A DNA stretch of 64,000 nt from Vitrella brassicaformis CCMP3155. Lineage: Eukaryota > Protista > Chromerida. The stretch spans positions 1 through 64,000 of the forward strand of contig CDMY01000840.1 in assembly GCA_001179505.1 (NCBI GenBank), given 5' to 3'. The notes beneath the pieces are model-generated. The model had not been told where the DNA came from. It saw only the letters and a program-made list of their open reading frames with translations, and did not search any database. The position numbers and the translations under genes are program-made. Positions 1 to 10,317 of this stretch are shown piece after piece (positions within the stretch are counted from its first letter, which is position 1; every line of letters begins with the position of its first letter).

Positions 1-452
1 GAGGCCAGGGGGGTGACGGCCGTATCGCATGTTGAGGGCATCTCGAAACTCCGCAGCATCAAGACCAGTGTTGTTGTCTGTCGATGGGAGGGTGGTCAGC
101 CAGCCGGACGTCTTGTATTCGGCGCTGCGGGAGAGGACGCGATGGCGCCGACGGTCGATGTGCGGCAGGGCGGCCTCCCTCTTGGTTTTGTGGGCGACGT
201 CCTGCTGCTGCTTGCTCTTGGTGAGGGCGTGGCGGATGGTAGCACGATGGTCGCCAGGGTGGAAGGGAGCCTTGCCTTGGACGGCCTTGGAGACCACCTT
301 GTTGCTCGCGCGGGAAGCGGGGTAGGCGGCGGCAGCACGGTCGAGAGGGTCACGTATGCCGGTGCCGGCAAAGCGGGCAGGCAGCAGCATCAGGTCGACC
401 TCGGACGGCGTCACAGGGCCGCCGAGGAGGGCCGGCAGCAGCGCCTTGGCGT
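1..452 (-). mobile_element. 5'-truncated non-LTR retrotransposon fragment, CRE/R2-superfamily-like (region C-terminal to the RT domain); continues beyond the window start
   Basis: Manual minus-strand translation (missing from the ORF track) is open: ALLPALLGGPVTPSEVDLMLLPARFAGTGIRDP...KTSGWLTTLPSTDNNTGLDAAEFRDALNMRYGRHPPG. The LPAR-GxGIRDP and GWLxxLP...L...EFRDAL.MRYG motifs match the post-RT region of CRE-clade elements as I know them. Similarity stops near TTTAAAAA at ~452. Confidence 0.75.
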
Positions 453-454
453 TT

Positions 455-2527
455 AAAAACTGCCCCCTGGATTGGTTTGAGGGGGTGCCGGGGCGTGAGT
501 TTGTGGATCGGTGGGTGAGGATCATCGCCAAGGCGGCCCACAAGGGACTCCAGCCCCGCTACGCAGACAGGGGGACCCTCGAGGAGCTGTTGGAAGCCTA
601 CGACACAGCCCGCCGCCTGCTTGAGTCGGAGCTGGCCACGCCAGCTGGTCACTCAGGTGAAGCAGCCGCAGCCCCCGCCAAACCCCCCACCCCTCCACAC
701 CAGCCCACAGCAGAGCCAGAGCAGCAGCAGGACGTTAGCCCTCCTCGCTCACCCACCCCGCCCCAGCAGCCATCGGAGGAGCCCCACCGGGCGTCCAAGG
801 AGGGCTCCCTTCCATTCGGACCCAACTATCGAGGCGGCATGGACAGAGACAGAGACCGAGAGCGGGAGCCCCACGACAGGGAGGGCTCCGAGCCTCGCGA
901 GCGGCGCATGCGTGACAACAGTGACTGGGACCGTGTTCGGGCCGATGACCGAGAGGAGGGCCGGTACATGGATAAGGACGAGGGGGACCGGGACGAGGAG
1001 AACCGCCAGCCACGATTCGGTGGCCGCCCGCGAGACAGAAACCGGGAGAGCGAGCGCGACCAAGGTCGCGACCGGGACCGGGACCGCAGGGACGCGGGCA
1101 GGGACCGACGCGACATCGACGTCGAGAAGGAGCAGGCCCCAGCCCCAACCGACACCCCACAGGAGCAAGGCAAGGAGAGCCCCTCGACGGCGGCAGCAGC
1201 AGCAGCAGCCGGCCGTGCTGAGAGCCCGACCGGTGCTGAGGGCACCCCGAAGGAGGACAAGAAGGCCATCGGAGGTGTGTTGGGTCTGGGGCTGAAGAAG
1301 CCCGGCATCGACACGGGCTCGAGCCGCCCTGGCGGCCTGTCGTGGAAGGATCGCAGCGAGAGTTCGGACAAGTTGGGCGAGGAGGAGCCGCCCGGTCGTG
1401 TGCGTGAGGGCAGCGGCGAGGGCCCTGAGGTTGGCCCGACTGGCGAGGATGCGGCCGTGGTCATGGACGAGAAGGAAGAGTCGGCTGAGGGACAGTACTG
1501 GGACGACGATTATGAGCAGGTGCGTGCGTGACAGACAGATAGAGCACCCCGTGCGTCCACCTGGGCTATCTGACACACTTGTGTGGTGTGTTGTCGTGTC
1601 GGTCAGTTCATGCCCCTGACCCGCTCATTGGTGGCTCGCCAGCAGCGCCAAGAGGAGGAGTCTCCGCAGCCTCCCAAGCCCGAGCCGCCCCCCATCCCAC
1701 CGACACCCGAGCAGCCTCCACCAGCAATACCAGAGAGAGAGGCGCTACCAGCCGTCTCTCCCCTCTCCCACACAGACATGTCATTGGCATACCAGCCGTC
1801 ACCCGTGTCGCCCATAGAGCAGCTTTCGCCCATTCCCCTGGCACTCATTGGTCCACCACCCCCTCCCAAGGCTCCAGAGGCACCCGCCCTGCCGGCGGCT
1901 GAGGCAGACACCAGCGCGCCAGCTGCCACCAGAGTGTCTCGTGTGCAGTCCTCCGTCACACAGGCCCAGGCAGGGCCGGCAGCAGCACAGCAGCACTCCT
2001 CCACCCATGCCCGCCCCCACCATGCTGACGCCGATGCCGTGCCGCCCATCAAGCAGCACGAGAGGAGCAGCACGCCCCCGCCCAGGCCATCCCCCACCGC
2101 CACCAGGCCGCAGGTCGTCTGGCCGCCACCATTCCCAGTCCACAACCCCGCACCAGCCGTCAACCCCACATATCAACATGCCCAGCGCGTGCAGCCCCCC
2201 GCCAATCCTTTCCAGCCATGGAAGGCGATAGTGGTGGAGCTGCCGTGGCACCCGGGCGCCTTTGAGGGGTGGCGGCTCAACTCCCGCAGTGGGGAGTGGG
2301 AGCTCTGGGAGTTGGAGGGGAGGAGGGTGGACGACCGCGGCGTCTGGCTGGATACGTGGGCGGTGCGGACAGAGGACCAGGACACCAACACCCGCCTCCT
2401 ATCGCTGCTCTCCAGTGCGTCAGTTGCGATAGACGACGCCGGAGCGGCTATTAAGAGGGCGGCAGAGGAGGCGGGTGCCTGGATAGCCACCACCATGAGA
2501 CAGCTTTTCGGGTGCGGTGGGCAGTGA
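455..2527 (+). CDS. Lineage-specific low-complexity protein with a conserved Trp-rich plus amphipathic C-terminus (family member A); 5' end obscured by the retroelement
   Basis: Exons ~455-1519 and 1607-2527 join in frame across a GT-AG intron (1520-1606). The C-terminus ...AAIKRAAEEAGAWIATTMRQLFGCGGQ* is nearly identical to that of the gene ending at 39812. The ORF-track ATG at 356 lies inside the antisense retroelement. Confidence 0.6.
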
Positions 2528-2559
2528 CGCCCACGCACCCACCCGCCCACACGTTCCAA

Positions 2560-5500
2560 CGGCGGGGGCCATCGCAGGCACCGCACAGCGAGAGACAACG
2601 AGGGAGAGGGCGAGGGAGAGGGCGAGGGCGAGGGCGAGGGCGACGAGGAATACGACAACGAGAAAGAGGAGGAAGAGGAGGTTGAAGACTCTATCGATGG
2701 AGGGAGGGGCGGTCGGGCAGGTACAACCTGAGGTACTCAGATGACGACCCCGACAACCATTGCGACCACAGAGGGAGGAAGGGGGGCGGCGGACGCGGCC
2801 ATGGCAGGTAAGGGGAGGTCATCGCAATGGGCATGATACCAACACGTCGGACATCAGGCAGCGACGGCGCGGCCAGGGCGGAGGTGATGATGGCTCATCA
2901 CGAGGGCAGCACTGTTGCGTCCATCTTGCTGACGTCTGACAATCTGGAGGAGCTGACGATACCGGCAGAGCTCAACGAGCGTGTCTGACAGTGCCTCTTT
3001 CCCCAACACACACGAAGACATACAGCCGCATGCGTCATCAGGATGAAGAGCGCGGCCGCCGATGGTTATATTTGGAGTCGGATAAGCAGTGGCTGGGCCG
3101 CCACCTGAGTGAGATCTTCGGCTGCACCGACCCCCAGCTCCTCGCCATGTGGACACAGGCCGTCGAGGGCGACAACGAGGTCCACATGCACACCAGGATA
3201 TGCCCTTCACCACAGGCAGCACCAGAAGTGGGGATGGGGCCGATGCAGCCGAGGGCAGTGTCAAGGCCGTCCGCGTGCTGCCCATCAAGGGCCCCCGGTG
3301 TGGAGGGAGGAGAGGCCGAGCGGGGCAGTCTCCTCTGGTGCGGCCAGCTTGTGTTGATGGTTAATGGCAGCCGCTGGAGTGCTGAAGGCCGGTCAGCTCG
3401 ACTGTCAGCACTCGCGGCTGGGCTAAGGATAGCCGCGTTGCCAGGGCACACACGTCGGTGCCGTCGATCAAGTGGCAGAAGCCACAGGAAGAGGTCGAGG
3501 TGCTGGGGCGAGTGGCGAGTTTGCACGGGACGCCGAGGGCCAACGAGATGGTCATGGCGGCGGAGAAGCAGACAGTCGACTACCAAGAGGGACAAATCAA
3601 AGCCATGGCAGGCACATCAATGCCCTCTCTGAGTGTGTGTATACCATACCTCGTCTTCTCTTTGTCTCTTGTGTGCTGTGTGCTGTGTTGCGTTTGGTGG
3701 CAGAGCTTGTTGAGTCAATGACTCGTCATTCGATTGACGTGTGGCCCCTCTCAAAGCTGCCGGCCACAGATGAGGTCCTCGTGGCATACAAAGCTGCACA
3801 CGGCCACGACGTAACCAGAGGCCTTCAACCAAGTTCCAACAAGACCTTGCCAACGCACTGCCGCACGCCCCAGCAACCGAGCCCCGTGCACCACGAAAGA
3901 AGACATCTGTCATGCTGCGTGCCAGTGGGAAGCCGCCCACAGCGACATCGGAGGAGAGCTCTCTGCCCACCACGACAGCTGCCGCGAGAAGTGACGCCGC
4001 TGAGGCGCTGGAGAGAGAGAAGAAGACCGACAAGCGACGGAGACAGTTCCAGGGTCTCTGCCCTCCACACACGCATCACGGCAGAGTGGACGGCCATCGA
4101 GCCCTCGCGTGTCGCCGCCATCCAGTCCAATGACTTCAATGAGACCACCAAGTACCAGTTCCCCCCCTCGCCCGTGTCCATCGTGAGGTTCTACAAGGAG
4201 CTCGTGTAGACGATGGCACACGTCGTGGTCCGGCCGCCAATCACCGACCCATCCAATCTGACTAATGTCAGCGGGAACGAGGGGTTCGTGGCTGCTGGGG
4301 CGGCGGGGATCTCGTCGCCAGTGGTGCGACGGGGGAAGGACATGGTGCTGCGGTCGCGGCTGTGGGAGTACCTGCATCCGGATGACGGCACCTGCTGCTT
4401 CCTCAACGACATGGTGGCCACGGTGGGAGAGTGCTTCAGGGCCCTTGTCAGGTACGTGTGCACACGCAGACCACCCCTGTGTGCCATCAATCCATCCATC
4501 CATCCATGTGTGTATGTGTGGTGCAGGCATTCCGCACCCAGGCCGACAAGGCGAAGGTCGATAGCTCTGCGGCGAATGTGTCTGTGCCCGCCGCTGCACG
4601 AGAGTTTCCAGCTGCCCATCCCGCTCTCGGCTGACCTGCTGCAGAGCTACCGAGACGCAATGCTGGCCAAGGGGGAGGACGGCGTGCGGCGAAGGTATCT
4701 GCTGGAGATACTTGCACCAAACTACAGAGCCGCCATGGTAAGCACACTCCCTCACACACAGAGAAGGCCAGGAATACCGAGTAGTGTGGGTGTGTCTATG
4801 GTGTGTGTGGTGTGCAGGCCACGTGATGGGAGTGTGATGTTCAGCTTCCTCTCTACCGTCAAGCAGCGGGAGAGGGAGGGAGGGAGGCGGCAGGGACGTC
4901 GTCGCCGAGCAGTGGCGCAAGTTGGGGCGAAGTCGATCCGACGGCATCGACCTGGTGGCTAAGGTGCTCCACGGAGCGGCCATGCTCATCAAATACCTGG
5001 GGCCGCGACGGTTGATACAGGCGACCTTCAGAGGGTACGTGAGGGAGCCTGGAGGCACCAGGCAACGGCTCATGTGTGTGTCTCCTGTGTGTGTGTGCCT
5101 TGGCAGGTTGGCCATGTCAGTCGTCCGAGCCAGCCCACGATGGGCGGGGGAAGGCTGTTCCGGCCGTATCCCGTCCATCACCGTGGATGGCTCAGGCGAT
5201 GACATGCCCTCCCTCTGGTCCGGTTGCCCAGCAGCGCTCTACCTTCCTCTATGACCACTCGAGCGCCTGTGAGATCGGCCAGAGACTCGTCACACACGAC
5301 GGCAGCCAGCTGGATGGCGCCCTGGTCGAGCGCCTGCAGTTCTTCGGCGAGGCCATCAGCCGGCAGTGGCAGAGGTGGACGCCGGAGCAGAGGGCATCGG
5401 TCAAGGCGGTGCTGCTGTCCTACCCCACTCGGCTGCCGGCCGACTGTCTTCCATCGCCAACTGTGCAGCAACAGTGTGCAGTGGCTCTGCTGCAGAGGCT

Positions 5501-6780
5501 CCCCGCCGACACGATCGCCGTGCTGTGGCGGCATGGTGTGGTCCGTCTGATGCGTAACGCGTCGATGGACCTGGTGGCTGCGGTGCTGCGCGGAGCGTCC
5601 ATGTGCACCAAACAGCTCGGACTGTGGGCCAAGTTGATATGTGCGACCTTCAGAGGGTACGTGAGGGAGACTGGAGGCACCAGGCAATGGCTCATGTGTG
5701 TGTCTCCTGTGTGTGTGCCTTGGCAGGTGGGCCATGTGAGTCGTCCGAGCCAGCCCACGATGGGCGGGGGAAGGCTGTTCCGGCCGTATCCCGTCCATCA
5801 CCCGTGGATGGCTCAGGCGATGACATGCCCTCCCTCTGGTCCGGTTGCCCAGCAGCGCTCTACCTCCATCTATGACCACTCGAGCGCCTGTGAGGTCGGC
5901 CACAGACTCGTCACACACGACGGCAGCCAGCTGGATGGCGCCCTGGTCGAGCGCGTGCAGTTCATCGGCCACACGCTGTTCCGCGAGGCCATCAGCCGGC
6001 AGTGGCAGGGGTGGACGCCGGGGCAGAGGGCATCGGTTAAGGTAGTGCTGCTGTCCTACCCCACTCAGCTGCAGGCCGACCGTCTTCTCGATCGCCCATC
6101 GTCAGCGGCCACGAGTTTAGGAGGGTGACGGCCTCTCTGGACGTCATGGCTGCGATGCTTCACGGGGCGGCCATGTTCATCAAACAACTAGGGCCGAGGG
6201 CACAACTTCCCGACTGGTTCCTCGCCGAATAATTCACCAGTAAGCAACAGGCCCACACCCACACCCACACAGACACACGCGCATGCCGTTCTCCTTTTCT
6301 CAGGTCTGCTGGTGGTGCGGATATTCCGTCTGGGCGACCCCCCCCTCCCTCCTCCCGCCGATGAAGGAGCTCCTGGGCAGCTAAGGCCTTAAAGGCCATC
6401 GACGCCGTCGCCACCGACAGGACAACATCGGTTCTGCCAAGGGAGCGCTGCCCCGCACACCTCTCATGCCGCAGCGGTCAACGGGTCGACATCGGCAGCA
6501 TCCCGTTCGTGAGCACGGCGACCGTCTGCTGGATCTGGTTCTCACGATGGATCTGTCTGGTGCGAATTCGGTGGAGTGGCTGCTGGAGGTGAGGCGGCTT
6601 GAGGTGGTCTCCTGCCTGGCGTGGCAGCTCAACTACTCGACGCAGCACGCACAGTCCGTGGTGGAGTCTGTCGTGACGCGGCTGACCCTCATCGACCCGC
6701 CCGAGGACGGCAGGAGCTACACGCACTCGCCAAGCATCGTCACGGCCGCCATGCCCACCACAGAGAAGTCAGACTGACAG
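2560..6780 (+). pseudogene. Mosaic of gene fragments (left copy) including exportin-5-like N-terminal exons; broken frames
   Basis: Exon-like blocks flanked by typical introns but with stops and frameshifts. Blocks 3390-3960, 4437-6079 and 6420-6650 match 41545-44668 and 41066-41300. Confidence 0.7.
5021..6079 (+). repeat. Two copies of a ~430 bp intron+exon module X (5021-5443 and 5643-6079)
   Basis: Direct repeats beginning gcgaccttcagagggtacgtgaggga and ending near gccga; two more copies at 42647-43082 and 44234-44668. Confidence 0.9.
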
Positions 6781-8146
6781 GAGGGGGTGGATGCGATCGA
6801 TGATCCATAAACCGCCGGTGCATGTCGTCATGGTGGTGCCATGGTTTGTGGGCCCGCTGTCGTGGATGCTTGGATGATTCGACGCACTTACTTCAGATTT
6901 GTCTTGTGTACGCTCGTGTGGAATGCATTACATGGAATGAATGGATTGCATTCGTCTAGTGCTCGTGGCGATGGCGTTTTGGTGTGTCCGATTGGCCCAC
7001 CGACACCACTACCTCTCACCACACCTACCTGTAGCCAGCTACTTGCCTAATCCATTTGGTGTGTTCGTTGCATCATGTGCGCCGCACACACATTTGTGTA
7101 CGCATTTAGCCACACTGACTGGTAGACGTAAGCTCCCACTGCCCTTGCAGGTACATCACCGCGTCGCTTTTGCCCCTGCCGCAAAGCAGATGCGCGCCGC
7201 AAGCGCATTGCCGACTGGTTTTGGTACCGTCAGAGTACACCATGCTGGTGCTGCACGCACATCGACTGTCTGACGACTGTCCTGGTTTACTTTGGTACAC
7301 ACCGCCGCGCGGCCATCACAGATGCACAATTGGATTGACGACTGCTCTCTTCCCCTCTCACCTCTTGGCAGCGCTCCTTCCTCGGCAAACAGGCGTTTGT
7401 ATCGACGTCGGTACCTGCCTAGTATGTGTGCATGGCTGCAGGGATGTCATGTGTGTTCCTTGTTGGTGCACTTATGCGTTGACATGCCGCGGACGCACTC
7501 GCTGTGTGCATGTGTGTCTGCTTTGGGCGATGTTCGCCGTTTGTGATGGCACTGGCAGCATTACAACGAAGCTGGCCGTCTCCCGCTAAGCCCGCAGACG
7601 GGGGTGTTTGACAAACGACACCGCAGGCGTCATCTTTTATGGGTATTCTATGGGTCCGCAAATGTGCGTTCAAAGGAAAAGTCGATCTCATCTGATTGGC
7701 TACTCCCTACACCATGAGGCAGGCAGACACTGAGTGTGCAAATGGGTTGCGGGGGGTGTAGCGGGGGCACCGACCGGTGCTTGTACAGCTGATTAATCTT
7801 GTTCATACCAAGATGATCTGATCCATCTCACATTACAGAAGACACACTGGGTCTGTCTTGTCTGTCTGTCTGTCTGTCTGAGTCATCGTGCACACGAATG
7901 GGCGCAGGAATAGCCTCCTGTGGATGCCTGCCTGTCCGTATCTACACTTTAAAGCCAGACCAATGCACAACGAAAAACAGCGCGCCATCGCGTCAGTCCA
8001 CCAAGGGCATCAGAACTGGCCGCAAAAACGTCCGTGACGACCATGATGGATCGATAGACAACTCGGCAGCCCTTCGCGAGATGACTACCCTGCACACACA
8101 TGCACAGAATGAGGCGACCACTCACGCCTCTCCTTCGTGCAGCTGC

Positions 8147-10089
8147 TCACCAGGCAGTGTAGGTCTCATCGCCTTCCACCACATCGTCGCTGCACTCGAT
8201 CGACACGGCGACGTGACGCACGCCCGTCAGCCGCCGAGACAGCTCGATAAGCCCCCTGTACACCCTCACAAAGTCCACAATGTCCTCTGCATCGACTCTC
8301 AGCTCCAGCTGCGACCATCCCAGCATCCGGTCGATCGCTGTGGTCGCCATCGCATCAGTCCAACAATCACGCCCCACACCGCTCCCGTCACCTTCAACCA
8401 TGCGAATCGTCTCGACGGCCGGAAGCTCCCCTGGCTGTCGCGTCTCGCCCACACACGTCCTGCCAGCGAGAAACTGGGCAAGCAGATGCACGCCGAGAGG
8501 GTCCCCAGAGCACTCCAGCAGGCCGAGTCTCGTCACAGACGGGGGCAGGGCGGTGAGCAGCTGGGCGATAGGACACCTGTGGCCCTCCTCCTGTGGTGGT
8601 CGCGTGTGGATGGCCTCGACAGCGGTGAACCGGATGGATCTGACGGCCGGCATGAGATGGAAGGTGTCAGCCAGATGTGGCAAGTGACGGAGGGGCTGGG
8701 GGTCGCTCGGAGAACCACGAAGCCCCACGCGCAGGGTCGTCAGCTGCCCACACCGAGAAAGGAGAAAGGAGACTGGACGGATGCACATCTCCGACGTACG
8801 TGTGCATGTGCATTCACTCGTACCTTTGGGTAGGTCGTCTGCCTGTGCCTGAATGCCATGGGGATGCGGCAGTCGAGTCCCACCGTCATCTCCTCACAGC
8901 TGGCAAACCTCAGCGGCCCCAAATGCCCCTCCTCGCCTTGCCCCATCCGATGATGCACCTCAACACCAACCGCACCAGCACACACCCGCTCCACCAGCCG
9001 CACCGCACACACGTGGTCCTCAATCGATGTCAGCGAGGGGTGGGTCGGCAGCGATAGAAAGCGACACGACAGCAGCTTGGTGTGCCACTGCGCTCCAGGC
9101 GCGGACAGGTGGCGGAACAACGTCAGCAGGTGGCTCGCCGGCTCGATACGAGCGAGTGTCCCCGTAGACCCTTTGGGGATTGGGGGCTGCTGTTGGGGGC
9201 GGCTGTCGGCTGTGTGTGACGGCGCGAAATAATCTAGGTAGTCGAAGTAGATGTGCTGGAGGGACGGGGGGCGGGGAGGTCTCGTCAGCAGGGATGGAAT
9301 GAGAGAGAAAGAGCTTAGCGACCGACCAAAGTGGCCAAGTACTCTCAGATGCGAGATGTCCTCAAGGCCCTCAACGGCCTTCTCCAAACAGACGCTAGGG
9401 CTGACAGAGATCTCCTCCAGACACGAACTGGGGCACACCCATGCCTTCATGCTGTCGGCATGCCTTCCGTGGAGCAGATGGGCGCTCGGAAAGGCGTGTG
9501 CCTCAAAGCGGCGCAGCACAGGCAAGCGCCAGTTGCGCACGTCGGCCAAGTGGACCCAGTCCGAGAATAGGATGCGTACGTGACGCAAGCGGCTGAATGT
9601 CGTGGCTGATCTCTTCGGCAACGCCTTTGCCTGGTCCCGGTGGACAGAGTGGCCCTCGACAAACAGAACTCTGCAGACATACGAGTCAGGCAATGCCATC
9701 CATCATCGTGCACGCTGAATCCATCCATCCATCCATCGATTGGTCTGTGCCCACCTGAGTGTATCGGATGCCCTCTCAATCAGCTCCACCAGGCCATCCA
9801 CACGAGTCGCTGCGCCATCGATTCCGCTTTTGCTTGCAGCTATCGACGTCTTCTCAATGTGAGAGCCCCATCTCGAGAACAGGCCCTTCCGCACGGCCAT
9901 GCTGACAGTGAAGCGCTGCCACGCCTCCTCGCCACACACACGGAGATACCGTAGGCCGTCATCGCCACCGATGACGTCGCGGAGAGCCCTGTTGAGCCGC
10001 GAAAAGGCCCGTATGAAGTCGATAGTGGGAACGAAGGCCTGGATGTTCAGCAGGATCTCCAGAGGCAGCGATGGGAGGGAAGTTGTCAT
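8147..10089 (-). CDS. F-box-like N-terminus plus degenerate LRR-like protein (lineage-expanded type)
   Basis: Exons 10089-9755, 9670-8824 and 8743-8147 with GT-AG introns. N-terminus MTTSLPSLPLEILLNIQAFVP fits the F-box LxxLPxEILxxI pattern; the rest has LRR-like LRxVRI/LEEISV segments. Confidence 0.65.
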
Positions 10090-10165
10090 CTTAATCGCTT
10101 GTGGATCACACCATGACAGACGTCTATCTCTCCACGATCCTCAAGGGCGTCAGAGCTTGCCATTT

Positions 10166-10187
10166 GCGAGCTTACAATTGGCGAGCT
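10166..10187. promoter_or_regulatory. Paired GCGAGCT motif in the divergent spacer between the F-box gene and MAPK
   Basis: GCGAGCT at 10166-10172 and 10181-10187; the motif recurs in other promoter spacers. Confidence 0.45.
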
Positions 10188-10317
10188 TATATTCGAGAGA
10201 AAGGCGAGGAAGCAACGGCGTATCTCTCTCGTCGGCGGCAGGTGCATTCGTTGCATGACCGAGGGTCTGACCTCATTCTATGGCTTAGTCGATTGTAGCA
10301 CTCTGCCCCGCTTCACA

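Noticed and set aside
13-456. 147-aa plus-strand ORF and the first ~33 codons of ORF 356..1531
   Set aside because: They are antisense shadows of the retrotransposon-like frame on the minus strand.
2173-2658. Minus-strand ORF starting with (SP)n repeats
   Set aside because: It is the reverse complement of a GAGGGC repeat and of family member A; no independent support.
5021-6079. Repeats as a possible CRISPR or other spaced array
   Set aside because: The units are ~430-bp exon+intron duplications with no short repeat-spacer periodicity, and the DNA is eukaryotic.
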